Below are positions 17,560 through 28,153 of a DNA stretch of 64,000 nt, in pieces (the stretch's first letter is position 1; every line of letters begins with the position of its first letter). The notes beneath the pieces were generated by a model that did not search any database, was not told the DNA's origin, and worked only from the letters and a program-made list of their open reading frames with translations. The stretch is taken from contig CP185379.1 of NCBI GenBank assembly GCA_049177215.1, forward strand, positions 2,921,549 through 2,985,548, given 5' to 3'. The translations under genes were made by a program, and so were the position numbers. Source of the DNA: Candidatus Pollutiaquabacter aromativorans. GTDB taxonomy: Bacteria > Bacteroidota > Bacteroidia > AKYH767-A > 2013-40CM-41-45.

Positions 17560-19794
17560 TTGGAACCCTTATTCCCCAGATCCCACATGCCTGCCGCCTC
17601 CGGTAATAAATCACGCCTCGTCCTGCTTATCTGGATCGTGGTCCTCGGCCCCTTGCTCCTGCTATCCGGCCTGATGTTCTTTGCCTACAAAGGGTGGGTC
17701 GGAGAACAGTTGCCCAGCTTTGAGGAACTGGAAAACCCGAAGAGCGCCCTGGCCTCGGAGATCATCTCTTCCGACCAGCAATTGCTGGGAAAGTATTTCA
17801 TTGAAAACCGTACCAACGCGCACTACTACGAACTGTCGCCCAACGTCATCCAGGCGCTCAAAGCCACGGAGGATATCCGTTTTGAGGAGCATAGCGGCGT
17901 GGATCTGCGCGGTTTGTTACGGGCGGTATTTCGCGCAGGTACCGCTGGTGGCGGCAGTACCATCACTCAGCAATTGGCAAAGAATCTCTTCCACGAAAAA
18001 CCCGGCAATAAGATCGAGCGGGTTATCCAGAAGATACAGGAATGGATCATTGCCGTACGCCTCGAACGCCGGTACACCAAGGAAGAGATCATGGCCATGT
18101 ACCTGAACACGGTCGAATTCAGCAGCAACGCCTTTGGTATCAAATCCGCTGCCCGGACTTATTTCGGAAAGGGTCCGGACAGCCTGAATGTGCAGGAGTC
18201 GGCATTGCTGGTAGGCATGTTACAAGCCCCGACACGGTACAACCCTGTACGGAATCCGAAGAACAGCTTTGCCCGCCGAAACGTCGTACTGGGACAGATG
18301 AAGAAGTACGACTTTCTCACCGAGGAGGCGTTCGACTCGATCAGCGCCTTGCCCATCCGGCTGAACTACCATCAGGAGGACCACAACTTCGGACTTGCCA
18401 CTTACTTCCGGGAAGTGATGCGGGAAGAATTGTTGAAGTGGTGCAAAGAGCATATCAACAATTCAACCGGTAAGCCTTACAGCCTCTATACCGACGGTCT
18501 GCGTATATACACCACCATCGATTCGCGGATGCAACGGTATGCCGAAGAAGCCCTGCGCGAGCACCTGACGGAGAAGCAAAAGCAATTCTTCGAACACTGG
18601 AAAGGCAAAGAACCCTGGAAAGAACATCCCGAAGTCGTAACGGAAGGAATGAAACGTTCCGACCGCTACATCACCATGAAGGCTGCCGGCGCATCGGATA
18701 AGGAGATCCAGAAAGCCTTCAACAAGAAAACGGAGATGACCGTCTTTTCCTGGAAAGGTCCGATCGACACCGTCATGACCCCGCTGGATTCGGTCAAGTA
18801 TCACAAGAAGATCCTCCAGGGTGGATTCATGGCCATGGAACCGCAGACCGGTTATGTACGGGCCTGGGTGGGCGGCAACGATTATCGCTTCTTCAAGTAC
18901 GACCACGTAAAAGCGGGTCGTCGCCAGGTCGGTTCGACCTTCAAGCCTTTCCTCTATACGCTGGCGATGCAGGAAGGCTATTCACCCTGTTACAAAGTAC
19001 CGAACGCCCGCGTCTATTTCGATCTTCCGACCGGTGAAACCTGGTCGCCCGAAAACGCCGACGCCAAATACGGAGGCATGCTGACCCTGAAAGAAGGACT
19101 GGCGGAATCGGTGAACTGCGTATCGGCTTACCTGATGAAGCAATTCGGTCCTCAGGCCATGATCGAGATCTGCCGGAAGATGGGTATCTCCGCCCCGATC
19201 GATGCCGTACCGGCGATCTGCCTCGGCACGCCCGACGTATCCGTGTACGAAATGGTCGGAGCCTACTGCAGCTTCGCGAACAAAGGCGTCTGGACGGAGC
19301 CGACCTACATCACGCGCATCGAAGACAAGAACGGCAACATCCTGCAGGAATTCGTGCCGCGCAAAGTGGAAGCCATCAATGAAGAGACCGCCTACCTGAT
19401 GCTCAACCTGATGCAGGGCGTGGTACAATTCGGCACCGGAGCGCGGCTGCGCGGACAATACAAACTACCCTACCCGATTGCCGGTAAAACCGGAACGACG
19501 CAGAATCAGAGCGACGGCTGGTTCATGGGCATCACGCCCGACCTGGCCGCAGGTTGCTGGGTCGGCTGCGAGGACCGGATTGTTCACTTCCGGACACTGG
19601 AACTCGGGCAGGGCGCCCGTACCGCCATGCCCATCTGGGCCTTGTTCATGCAAAAAGTCTATGCAGATGCCAACATCAAGATCTCCAAGGGCGAATTTGA
19701 AGCGCCCAAAGAGAAGCTGAGCGTTGAGCTCAATTGCGACAGGTACGTGCAGCAGGGCGGTAGTTCCGGAGAAAATCCCGACAAGGATTTCTAA
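17560..19794 (+). CDS. mrcA: class A penicillin-binding protein (transglycosylase/transpeptidase), PBP1A
   Basis: GT51 motifs are present ([12 protein letters not shown], [15 protein letters not shown]). The transpeptidase motifs STFKP and KTGTT are present. Confidence 0.9.
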   Translation: MEPLFPRSHMPAASGNKSRLVLLIWIVVLGPLLLLSGLMFFAYKGWVGEQLPSFEELENPKSALASEIISSDQQLLGKYFIENRTNAHYYELSPNVIQALKATEDIRFEEHSGVDLRGLLRAVFRAGTAGGGSTITQQLAKNLFHEKPGNKIERVIQKIQEWIIAVRLERRYTKEEIMAMYLNTVEFSSNAFGIKSAARTYFGKGPDSLNVQESALLVGMLQAPTRYNPVRNPKNSFARRNVVLGQMKKYDFLTEEAFDSISALPIRLNYHQEDHNFGLATYFREVMREELLKWCKEHINNSTGKPYSLYTDGLRIYTTIDSRMQRYAEEALREHLTEKQKQFFEHWKGKEPWKEHPEVVTEGMKRSDRYITMKAAGASDKEIQKAFNKKTEMTVFSWKGPIDTVMTPLDSVKYHKKILQGGFMAMEPQTGYVRAWVGGNDYRFFKYDHVKAGRRQVGSTFKPFLYTLAMQEGYSPCYKVPNARVYFDLPTGETWSPENADAKYGGMLTLKEGLAESVNCVSAYLMKQFGPQAMIEICRKMGISAPIDAVPAICLGTPDVSVYEMVGAYCSFANKGVWTEPTYITRIEDKNGNILQEFVPRKVEAINEETAYLMLNLMQGVVQFGTGARLRGQYKLPYPIAGKTGTTQNQSDGWFMGITPDLAAGCWVGCEDRIVHFRTLELGQGARTAMPIWALFMQKVYADANIKISKGEFEAPKEKLSVELNCDRYVQQGGSSGENPDKDF

Positions 19795-19840
19795 GCGGAA
19801 TGCCGCCGGTTGCTTAATTTCGTCAAAGATTTCCTGCGAT

Positions 19841-20539
19841 ATGAAGAAAGTCGTCAAAGACGCGGACGCCGCCATTGAAGGCATCCAGGATGGTATGACC
19901 CTGCTGGTGGGAGGCTTCGGACTCTGCGGCATACCGGAGAATTGCATTGCCGCGCTGGTACGCAAAGGCGTAAAAGGGCTGACCTGTATTTCCAATAATG
20001 CAGGAGTCGATGATTTCGGCCTGGGGCTGCTCCTGCAGCATCGTCAGATCAGGAAAATGATCTCGTCCTACGTAGGAGAGAACGCGGAGTTTGAACGTCA
20101 GATGCTGAGTGGTGAGCTGGAAGTGGAATTGATTCCGCAGGGAACGCTGGCTACCCGTTGTCTTGCCGCAGGATACGGCATGCCCGCGGTGTTCACGCCC
20201 GCCGGAGTAGGCACCGAGGTCGCGGAAGGAAAAGAAACCCGCACCTTCAACGGAAAAGAATACCTGCTGGAGTACGCGTTCGACGCGCCCTTCGCCATTG
20301 TGAAAGCCTGGAAAGGCGATACCGACGGCAACCTGATCTTCCGGGAGACCGCCCGCAACTTCAATCCGCTCATGGCGATGGCCGGCAAGGTGACCATCGC
20401 GGAAGTGGAAGAACTCGTTCCCGCGGGCGAACTGGATCCCGATCACATCCACACGCCGGGCATCTACGTCCATCGCATCTTCCAGGGTCCCGTGTACGAG
20501 AAACGCATCGAACAGCGGACGGTCCGGAAGCGGGGCTGA
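19841..20539 (+). CDS. 3-oxoacid CoA-transferase subunit A
   Basis: The protein starts [33 protein letters not shown], which is the CoA-transferase A signature. Confidence 0.85.
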   Translation: MKKVVKDADAAIEGIQDGMTLLVGGFGLCGIPENCIAALVRKGVKGLTCISNNAGVDDFGLGLLLQHRQIRKMISSYVGENAEFERQMLSGELEVELIPQGTLATRCLAAGYGMPAVFTPAGVGTEVAEGKETRTFNGKEYLLEYAFDAPFAIVKAWKGDTDGNLIFRETARNFNPLMAMAGKVTIAEVEELVPAGELDPDHIHTPGIYVHRIFQGPVYEKRIEQRTVRKRG

Positions 20540-20614
20540 TCGAAGGTCTTAGCCGATTTTCCCAGATGAGTAATTGGAATTGCCACAAGTTTCTAAAGTC
20601 AATCATCGCGAGCC

Positions 20615-21274
20615 ATGTTAGATAAGAACGGAATCGCCAAACGCATCGCCCGGGAAGTAAAGGACGGGATGTACGTCAACCTCGGCATCGGGATCCCTAC
20701 CCTGGTTGCCAATTACATTCCCGCCGGCGTGGAAGTAGTGTTGCAATCTGAAAATGGATTGCTCGGTATCGGACCTTTTCCGTTCGAAGGCGAAGAAGAT
20801 CCTGATCTGATCAACGCCGGCAAGCAGACCGTTACGACGCTGAAAGGCTCCTCGTTCTTCGATTCCGCCATGAGCTTCGGCATGATCCGCGCCGGAAAGG
20901 TCGATCTCACCATCCTGGGCGCCATGGAAGTAAGCGAACAGGGCGACATCGCCAACTGGATGATCCCGGGCAAGATGGTCAAGGGCATGGGCGGGGCGAT
21001 GGACCTGGTCGCTTCCGCCAAGCACATCATCGTGGCCATGCAACACGTCAACAAGGCCGGCGAATCGAAGTTGCTGCCGGAATGTTCACTTCCCCTCACC
21101 GGTCGCAGGTGCGTCAAGAAGATCGTCACCGAACTGGCCGTATTGGACGTACTGCCTGAAGGAGGCTTCAAACTACTCGAACGCGCTCCGGGGGTAAGCG
21201 TCGAAGAGATCGTACGCTCGACCGCCGGCAAGTTGATTGTCGAGGGCGAGATCCCGGAAATGAAACTGGATTAA
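20615..21274 (+). CDS. 3-oxoacid CoA-transferase subunit B
   Basis: The protein starts [36 protein letters not shown]. The sequence ENG contains the catalytic Glu. Confidence 0.85.
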   Translation: MLDKNGIAKRIAREVKDGMYVNLGIGIPTLVANYIPAGVEVVLQSENGLLGIGPFPFEGEEDPDLINAGKQTVTTLKGSSFFDSAMSFGMIRAGKVDLTILGAMEVSEQGDIANWMIPGKMVKGMGGAMDLVASAKHIIVAMQHVNKAGESKLLPECSLPLTGRRCVKKIVTELAVLDVLPEGGFKLLERAPGVSVEEIVRSTAGKLIVEGEIPEMKLD

Positions 21275-21312
21275 GTAAGCAAAGTAGACGTACCGTATCG
21301 TGCTTATTCGTT

Positions 21313-21831
21313 TCAGTAAACAAAGCTGATCTCCACGTCATCCACATCCACCGGAAAACGGCTGGTATTATACACGTACAGTTTTACTCGACTATCGCGA
21401 TCCAGTCCCTTTGGAAAATCACAATGCAAGTGATATTGAATCCAACGACCTGTATCAGCAGAAGTCGGTCGGAAGTCTTGAGAACAGTGCACGGTGTTTT
21501 TCCCTTCTTTCTCCACCGTACAAACCAGATTAAAGAAACCTCCAGCCTCCCGAACCCGAACCCAGGCGGAATACTCTGCTACGTTCATTTGTTGTGGCCC
21601 CAGTTCGAAAATCGTCCTTGAAAAGGTGATGCTATAGGGATTCAGGCTGTCGGTCGCTGAATAATGGAAACCCGAATGTCCTTCTCCGATCTGTAAGGTC
21701 GGCACCCAGTACCAGTTACCCAATTCCTCGAAATCGTTGGAGAAAACCATCTCCGTCGCCGGTTTTTTACAGGCCGAAAAAAGGATACCGGATATGAGCA
21801 GGATGAAAAACGCTCGAACCTTGGAAATCAT
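21313..21831 (-). CDS. hypothetical lipoprotein
   Basis: The lipobox LFSAC follows MISKVRAFFILLISGI. The internal start at 21829-21831 is preferred. Confidence 0.5.
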   Translation of the reverse strand: MISKVRAFFILLISGILFSACKKPATEMVFSNDFEELGNWYWVPTLQIGEGHSGFHYSATDSLNPYSITFSRTIFELGPQQMNVAEYSAWVRVREAGGFFNLVCTVEKEGKNTVHCSQDFRPTSADTGRWIQYHLHCDFPKGLDRDSRVKLYVYNTSRFPVDVDDVEISFVY

Positions 21832-21910
21832 CGTATTGCAAAGGTAAGAATTGGTGCCGGGGAAAGGGTCGTTCCGGGGGGATTTTCTATTTTTCGGGCC
21901 TGATTTTCCC

Positions 21911-22858
21911 ATGAAAACACTATCGGTCATCATCCCCATTTACAATGAGGAAGGCAATATCCCGCGGCTGTACGAACGCCTGAACGGGGTTGTGCAGCAA
22001 TTGGGAGTCGATACCGAGTTTGTTTTCATCAACGACGGTAGCCGCGACCGATCCATCGAACTCATCCGGGGATTAGCGAGCCGTGACCGCAATGTCCGGT
22101 TCATTGATTTCTCCCGGAACTTCGGTCACCAGATCGCTGTCACCGCCGGACTCGATCATTGTACCGGTAAAGCCGCCGTCATCATCGACGCCGATCTGCA
22201 GGACCCGCCCGAACTGATCCTCGACCTCTTCGCCAAATGGCAGGAAGGTTACGAGGTGGTCTATGCGAAACGTCGCGCGCGCCAGGGCGAGGGCTTTTTG
22301 AAAAAGTTGACGGCCCGGTATTTCTACCGCACACTGAAAAAGATCACCTCGATCAACATTCCCGTCGATACCGGCGACTTCCGCATCATCGACCGTAAGA
22401 TCATCGAGGTGCTGAAGCAGATGCCGGAGCAACAGAAGTTCCTGCGCGGGCAAATTAGCTGGATTGGCTTCCATCAGACCTATGTGGAGTACGACCGGGA
22501 TGCGCGTCACTCGGGGGAGACCGGTTATACCTACAAGAAAATGATCCGCTTCGCGCTCGACGGGATCACTTCGTTCTCGAACCTGCCCCTGAAGTTCGCC
22601 ACCATGGCGGGCTTCTTCGTCTCCGGTGTCGCCTTTCTGCTCATCCTCTATGCCTTGTACGCGCGTTTCGTCACGCGCGACTATGTTCCGGGCTGGACTT
22701 CCCTGATGCTGGCCGTGCTGTTCATCGGCGGAGTACAGTTGATCTCACTGGGTGTGATCGGAGAGTATATCAGTCGCCTAAGCGCCAATATCCGCAACCG
22801 TCCGCTCTACATCGTACGCGATTCGAATACCGAATCGGCCGGCGGCGAAACACAATAA
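21911..22858 (+). CDS. GT2 family polyprenyl-phosphate glycosyltransferase (DPM1/ArnC/GtrB-like)
   Basis: The motifs VIIPIYNEEGNI, FINDGSRD and DADLQD are present. There are C-terminal TM helices. Confidence 0.8.
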   Translation: MKTLSVIIPIYNEEGNIPRLYERLNGVVQQLGVDTEFVFINDGSRDRSIELIRGLASRDRNVRFIDFSRNFGHQIAVTAGLDHCTGKAAVIIDADLQDPPELILDLFAKWQEGYEVVYAKRRARQGEGFLKKLTARYFYRTLKKITSINIPVDTGDFRIIDRKIIEVLKQMPEQQKFLRGQISWIGFHQTYVEYDRDARHSGETGYTYKKMIRFALDGITSFSNLPLKFATMAGFFVSGVAFLLILYALYARFVTRDYVPGWTSLMLAVLFIGGVQLISLGVIGEYISRLSANIRNRPLYIVRDSNTESAGGETQ

Positions 22859-22867
22859 GCTTTCTCC

Positions 22868-24757
22868 ATGACCCTACCGAACAATGCCTCCGCCAGGAAT
22901 CGTACCTCGCTCGTAGCGCTCTTCCTGGTGTTGGCCGGCATCCTCGTCGGACATTTCACGCTACCCCGGCTCAAGCATCAGTACTATACACAGGAACTCA
23001 CTTTCGATGTAACCTCGTATTACCTGTACCTGCCGATGACCTTCATCTACGATGATCCCGGCATCCGCAACAAGGCAACCATCGACACTCTCTTTGCCCG
23101 CTATAACCCCAGCCCGACCTTTTACCAGGCCTTCGAACTGGAGAACGGCAACCGGGTGATGAATTACACCTGTGGTTTCGCGTACGCCTACGCGCCCTTC
23201 TTCTTCTTAGCGCACTCCTGGGCCACCGGCAGCAACTATCCGGCTGATGGATTTTCATTCCCTTATCAGTTCCTGGTCGGACTGGGCGTCTATTGCTACA
23301 TACTATTCGGCTGGATCATCCTTCGAAGACTCCTGCTGCGCTATTTCAGCGACACGGTAACAGCCTTCGTGCTCTTGTTCACGTGTTTCGGAACCAACTA
23401 CTTCTCCGAAGCGGTCAACAATTACCTCCAGCCGCACGCGATGCTCTTCACCGGTTATGCGGTACTCCTGTACTGCATATCGAAATGGCACGAACAACCG
23501 AAACGCAAGTACATGGTCGCAGGCGGTCTGGTCATGGGCTGGATGGTGCTGTCAAGACCCAGCGAGATCGTTTGCGTGTTACTACCCTTGCTATGGGGCG
23601 TTTACGACAAAGAGAGTCTGCGGGCCAAGTGGGAATTGGTCCGGAAAAACTTCTCCCATGTGTTGATCCTGGTTGTCTGCGGAATTGTCGTGTTCATCCC
23701 GCAGTTTATCTACTGGCACAAGGTGACGGGCAGTGCGATCTTTTTCAGTTATCAGCGGACAGAAGGATTCGACTTTTTGAAACCGCATATTCTGAACAAC
23801 CTGTTTTCCTTCAAGAAAAGTCTTTTCGTTTATACGCCGATCCTGATCTTCCCGTTGATCGGATTATTCCTGATCCGCCGCTACAACCGCTATATCCAGT
23901 GGGCCGTTGTCGCTTACGCAGCCGTCAATTTTTATTTGCTGGCCAGTTGGGCGGCCTGGTGGAACGGCGGAAGCTTCGGGATGCGCTACTTCGCAGAATC
24001 GTATGCGGTAATGACGCTTCCCTTCGGCTACGTCATCACCGAACTGGGCAAACGTCAACGCTGGCTACGTCTGTTGTCGGGCGCGGCCTTGAGCTTCTTT
24101 GTTTTCCTTAATCTTTTCCAGACCTGGCAGTTCCTGCACTGGATCATCCCGGACGACCGGATGACCTATGCCTACTACAAGCGGATTTTCCTGAAGACCA
24201 AGGTCACAGACGAAGACCGAAAGCTCATGGAAGTGGAACGTTCGTTCGCCGCGACCGAAACCTTCGACAACGAACAGGAGTACGATCATTTCACCCAGGC
24301 GTTCTACGACTTCGACAGCCTGAACTCCGGTGTGCTGGATCCTGCACGGACTGATACCACATTCGCTTACTCCGGCAAACATTCGTGTAAGCTGTCTCCT
24401 GAGTATCCCTACTATCCAACCTACCGGATCCGTTACGACCAATTGGTCCCCTGGAACAAGGACCATGTATGGTTGCGGGTCTCGTGTTGGTATTATTCGA
24501 AAATCGATATCCGGGAAAATCCCGCATCGCTGGTCATCGTGATGCCGCATAAGAAGTATAACCTCAAATACCGGGCATTCGACTTCGAACAGCAACCCTT
24601 CGTACCGGGCCAGTGGAATAAGATAACGGCCGATTACATGACGCCGAGACCGTATTCCGAAGCTGATAAATTCGAGATCTATGCCTGGTACCGCGGCAAT
24701 TCAGAAATCTGGATTGACAACTTTCAGGTTGAAGCTTTCGTAAGAAAAGATCCATGA
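22868..24757 (+). CDS. polytopic membrane protein, a candidate GT-C fold glycosyltransferase (ArnT/PMT-like), with a C-terminal soluble domain
   Basis: At least ten predicted TM helices lie in the N-terminal 420 aa, followed by a 200-aa hydrophilic domain. It is flanked by two DPM1-like GT2 genes, and its stop overlaps the next start (ATGA). Confidence 0.5.
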   Translation: MTLPNNASARNRTSLVALFLVLAGILVGHFTLPRLKHQYYTQELTFDVTSYYLYLPMTFIYDDPGIRNKATIDTLFARYNPSPTFYQAFELENGNRVMNYTCGFAYAYAPFFFLAHSWATGSNYPADGFSFPYQFLVGLGVYCYILFGWIILRRLLLRYFSDTVTAFVLLFTCFGTNYFSEAVNNYLQPHAMLFTGYAVLLYCISKWHEQPKRKYMVAGGLVMGWMVLSRPSEIVCVLLPLLWGVYDKESLRAKWELVRKNFSHVLILVVCGIVVFIPQFIYWHKVTGSAIFFSYQRTEGFDFLKPHILNNLFSFKKSLFVYTPILIFPLIGLFLIRRYNRYIQWAVVAYAAVNFYLLASWAAWWNGGSFGMRYFAESYAVMTLPFGYVITELGKRQRWLRLLSGAALSFFVFLNLFQTWQFLHWIIPDDRMTYAYYKRIFLKTKVTDEDRKLMEVERSFAATETFDNEQEYDHFTQAFYDFDSLNSGVLDPARTDTTFAYSGKHSCKLSPEYPYYPTYRIRYDQLVPWNKDHVWLRVSCWYYSKIDIRENPASLVIVMPHKKYNLKYRAFDFEQQPFVPGQWNKITADYMTPRPYSEADKFEIYAWYRGNSEIWIDNFQVEAFVRKDP

Positions 24758-25486
24758 GCACGATGAGCCCTTATACCCTTTCCATCATCGTTCCCGCGTA
24801 CAACGAGGAGAAAACCATTCGCACCATCCTGGAAGAAGGTGCACGAAGTGACGTTGATTGGCGGCGGGAAAAAAGAGATCGTGGTGGTCAACGATTGTTC
24901 ACGCGACAAGACCCGGGAAACCGTCGAGGCGTACAAATCCGAACACCCGGACCAGCACATCAGCCTGTTCAACCAACCCGTCAACATGGGGAAAGGCGCC
25001 GCGCTACGCAAGGGCATCGAGCTGGCTACCGGTGATTTCATCATCGTGCAAGATGCCGACCTGGAATACGATCCGCACGAATTCAATTTGTTGCTTCGCC
25101 CCTTGATCGAAGACAAGGCCGACGTAGTCTACGGGTCCCGGTTCATGGGCGGACGTCCGCACCGGATCCTCTTCTTCTGGCATTCGCTCGGGAATAAATT
25201 CCTGACGATGTTATCGAATGCCTTCACCAATCTCAACCTCACCGACATGGAAACCTGCTACAAGATGTTCCGTGCACCGGTGATCAAGGGATTGCAGTTA
25301 AAGGAGAACCGCTTCGGTTTTGAACCGGAGGTGACAGCCAAGATGTCGCGGGTAAAAGGCGTGCGGATCTATGAAGTGGGCATCTCTTATTATGGCCGCA
25401 CGTACGCCGAAGGAAAAAAGATCGGCTGGAAGGATGGCTTCCGGGCGATCTGGTGTATTATCAAGTACAACCTGTTTTCGCGTTGA
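24754..25486 (+). pseudogene. GT2 family glycosyltransferase (DPM1-like) interrupted by a +1 frameshift near 24836-24840
   Basis: The N-terminus [20 protein letters not shown] is in one frame. The remainder [27 protein letters not shown] continues in the +1 frame. Confidence 0.7.
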
Positions 25487-25613
25487 GTAGTGGTAGGATA
25501 CTATTTACTAACCGCCGCTATGTAGTTCTTTGCGTTTTCCTAACCGGGAAAGTCTAATTTTTGCCCGGCAACCAGTATCTGGTTATTCAGTTTTTCAAAT
25601 TGATTGGTGTACA

Positions 25614-26453
25614 TCATCGTATCACCACGGTGCTAACGGCTCGAAACCGATCAGATTCAAGTTTCAAAAAGTAAAATCCCGAAGCCAGTGCATCGACAGA
25701 CAATCGAATAGGACCTGTCGATTTCACTTGTTCAGAAATAAGTATCCGGCCGAATCCGTCTAAAAGACGTAACCGGCCGCCAACAGCCGGAAATGGTGCT
25801 TCAATAGTAATGATGTCTCTGGCCGGGTTCGGGAAAACGTGCAGGGTCAGAACTTCCGGAGCATCATTGAGCCCGACGACCTGACCCGCACACATAGAAT
25901 CTCCACTTACCAGGTTGATCGCACCGTCATAGATTGTCAATGCCCCAACGTTGGCACCAACTCTGAGCCATCCGTAATGGGGTTGGTTCTGAATCAACAT
26001 CTTGAATGGATAATATTCAGGATTGATTGATTCCGGTTCACACAAACCGGCGGGACCCATCTGGCCGAACATGATCGCATTGTAAATATTCGTGGAACCA
26101 AAACAGGATCCCGAATCAAGATAAAGCGGACTACAGGCGGAGGGTGAATCCGCAAACGCATTGCCGGTGTCGGTTCCGGTAATGTAAGCGCGATAATTCC
26201 AACAACACTGCTGATGAATAAACTGAAACCACGACCAGGCCGCAGCGGTGAAGTCCGTCACACCATCCTCATTCATGTCCAATGCAAAAGTGTCCCGATT
26301 TCCTTCAGGGTAAGCGGACAATTCGATATCCGGATTGAAGTCAATATAGTGAATCTGCGCATCGGACCTGGAAAAGATCAGCAGCAATAACAATGTAAGT
26401 ATGCATTGTTTCGACTTAATGAACTTGGTAAATTGAAGAAGCAAGCTGAACAT
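25614..26453 (-). CDS. secreted protein with a T9SS C-terminal sorting domain
   Basis: A signal peptide is present. The C-terminus reads ASGFYFLKLESDRFRAVSTVVIR. GC is about 47%. Confidence 0.65.
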   Translation of the reverse strand: MFSLLLQFTKFIKSKQCILTLLLLLIFSRSDAQIHYIDFNPDIELSAYPEGNRDTFALDMNEDGVTDFTAAAWSWFQFIHQQCCWNYRAYITGTDTGNAFADSPSACSPLYLDSGSCFGSTNIYNAIMFGQMGPAGLCEPESINPEYYPFKMLIQNQPHYGWLRVGANVGALTIYDGAINLVSGDSMCAGQVVGLNDAPEVLTLHVFPNPARDIITIEAPFPAVGGRLRLLDGFGRILISEQVKSTGPIRLSVDALASGFYFLKLESDRFRAVSTVVIR

Positions 26454-26569
26454 GATGGAAGATTTCAGATGTTTTTCCTGAAGTAATATTGTCGCACTAT
26501 TAGCAAAGATAATTGTCTAAATGTTGCAATATCCTCTGTTGAAGCTACAGCTCAGGCTAAGGGATAATT

Positions 26570-26941
26570 CTACACATGTTGATCGATCAGAATCACATTC
26601 CCATCCGGATCGCTGATCACGAAGTGCGCCGGCCCGCTCGGTCCGGCCTCTACCCGCTTGACCGGTGAAAAGCCCGCGGCCATCACCTTCTTTTCAATTT
26701 CGCGAACATCGGTAAATCCCGGAATCGTCTGCGCGCTCTCATCCCAACCGGGATTGAAGGTGAGCATGTTTCCATCAAACATACCCTGGAACAAGCCAAC
26801 CAACGCGTTTCCGTTTTTCATGATGTAATACCGATGCTCTTTCGTTCCGGCAAACGCGCTGAAACCAAGCGCTTCATAGAACTTCTTACTGGCTTCGAGA
26901 TCTTTTACGTTCAGGCTGATGGAAAAGGCTCCCAGGTGCAT
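26570..26941 (-). CDS. VOC family protein (glyoxalase/bleomycin-resistance fold)
   Basis: The protein is 123 aa. Sequences such as MHLGAFSISLNVKDLEASKKFYEALGF are typical of the VOC fold. Confidence 0.65.
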   Translation of the reverse strand: MHLGAFSISLNVKDLEASKKFYEALGFSAFAGTKEHRYYIMKNGNALVGLFQGMFDGNMLTFNPGWDESAQTIPGFTDVREIEKKVMAAGFSPVKRVEAGPSGPAHFVISDPDGNVILIDQHV

Positions 26942-27039
26942 GGTGTTTGAGTTTTAGGAGCATTAAGTTAGCGCTTTCCCCTGAATGAACTGAGCAGTTG
27001 GAAAATATCCTATTGAAATCGTGCCAATGGGCTGGCATC

Positions 27040-27324
27040 TCATTTACTTTTAATGTTTATCTCGGTAACCTTGTCGTTTTCAAAAACAATTCTGATCGGA
27101 AAAACATCCCTTCCGCGGATGCTCTGAGGCTTCCCGAATAATAGGGCTTCTCGCCTATAATTTTGCTTTATTGTCACCCCTTCAGATGCCCTGGGGGGGC
27201 CAAGAAGTTTTCTAACATCTTGTTGTGTCATGCCAATTCGAACTTTATCTACACGGTTACTTGGCTCGGAATAGACCCAATAAACGAACAACAAAGCTGC
27301 GATGAAACCTAAGATAAAAATCAT
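27040..27324 (-). CDS. small membrane-anchored hypothetical protein
   Basis: An N-terminal TM helix MIFILGFIAALLFVYWVY is present. The start overlaps the upstream stop (ATGA). The region is low in GC. Confidence 0.45.
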   Translation of the reverse strand: MIFILGFIAALLFVYWVYSEPSNRVDKVRIGMTQQDVRKLLGPPRASEGVTIKQNYRREALLFGKPQSIRGRDVFPIRIVFENDKVTEINIKSK

Positions 27325-27980
27325 CTGCTATTGAAATCATTCAACAATTTTACTGCTGCTTCCCACGTCAACCTCCTTGATTGTCTTTCTAATGGGTAGT
27401 TCGGGTGAGGCAGAAACACAATTGGATAGCTCCCAGATTTACCTCTTAACTTGCCTACTAATACTACCAAATTACCTCTTTTTGAAACTACACTTTCCCT
27501 TTGCACCCCCACCATTACTTTGGCATGATCGATTAACCAATTTCTAAGAACTGTTGAAAAACAGATCATTAATTTTGGTCTAATAAAATCAATGAGTTCA
27601 AGAAAAATTGATGCGCAGGAAACAATATCCTGCTCAGGAATATCCTTCTGTTTCTCTGATCTAAAGAAGCAAAAATTCGTTTGCATCAAATCCCGCTCTC
27701 CAATATTGAAATACTGTTCAATTAAAGGTAAAACTCGTTTCAATGAACCCCAATCATCAGATTTCAAAGGAATCGAAGTTTGTTTTTCGTAAGTATGCCC
27801 TTTCCGTGCGCCCCAATTAAAGCCTACCATCAGCGCTCCGCCACACCGGATTGGGCTTCCCATCAAGGCGTAATTCCACCTTGCAGCCTTCGGATTTTGT
27901 GAAATTTTCGATTGATTCCAAGCCGAGTCCAGTTGTTCGTATAAATTTCTCAGAAACTGATTCTCTGAACTCATCATCAT
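27321..27980 (-). CDS. divergent protein of the uracil-DNA glycosylase superfamily (MUG/SMUG-like GxNxG motif)
   Basis: Spacing and motifs parallel those of the UDG fold. These are ALMVGFNWGARKG (motif A position), TNFCFFR (the ITNVVKCR position), IRPKLMICFS (IRPKVIVALG) and PIVFLPHPNYP (the HPS motif B). GC is about 40%. Confidence 0.4.
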   Translation of the reverse strand: MMMSSENQFLRNLYEQLDSAWNQSKISQNPKAARWNYALMGSPIRCGGALMVGFNWGARKGHTYEKQTSIPLKSDDWGSLKRVLPLIEQYFNIGERDLMQTNFCFFRSEKQKDIPEQDIVSCASIFLELIDFIRPKLMICFSTVLRNWLIDHAKVMVGVQRESVVSKRGNLVVLVGKLRGKSGSYPIVFLPHPNYPLERQSRRLTWEAAVKLLNDFNSR

Positions 27981-28153
27981 TCTTATTCCATTCCTTGATC
28001 GATGATCAAAACTACAAAATATCCAGCTTCATTGATTGAAGCTTCAATTGCTCTTTCATTTTTTAAAAATGGAAATCTTTTCGACAAACTCAGTGTGAAG
28101 AATTCATCCTGCGAAGTTACCGGAGTATTCGAAGATCAGCTAGCTTAGCACAG

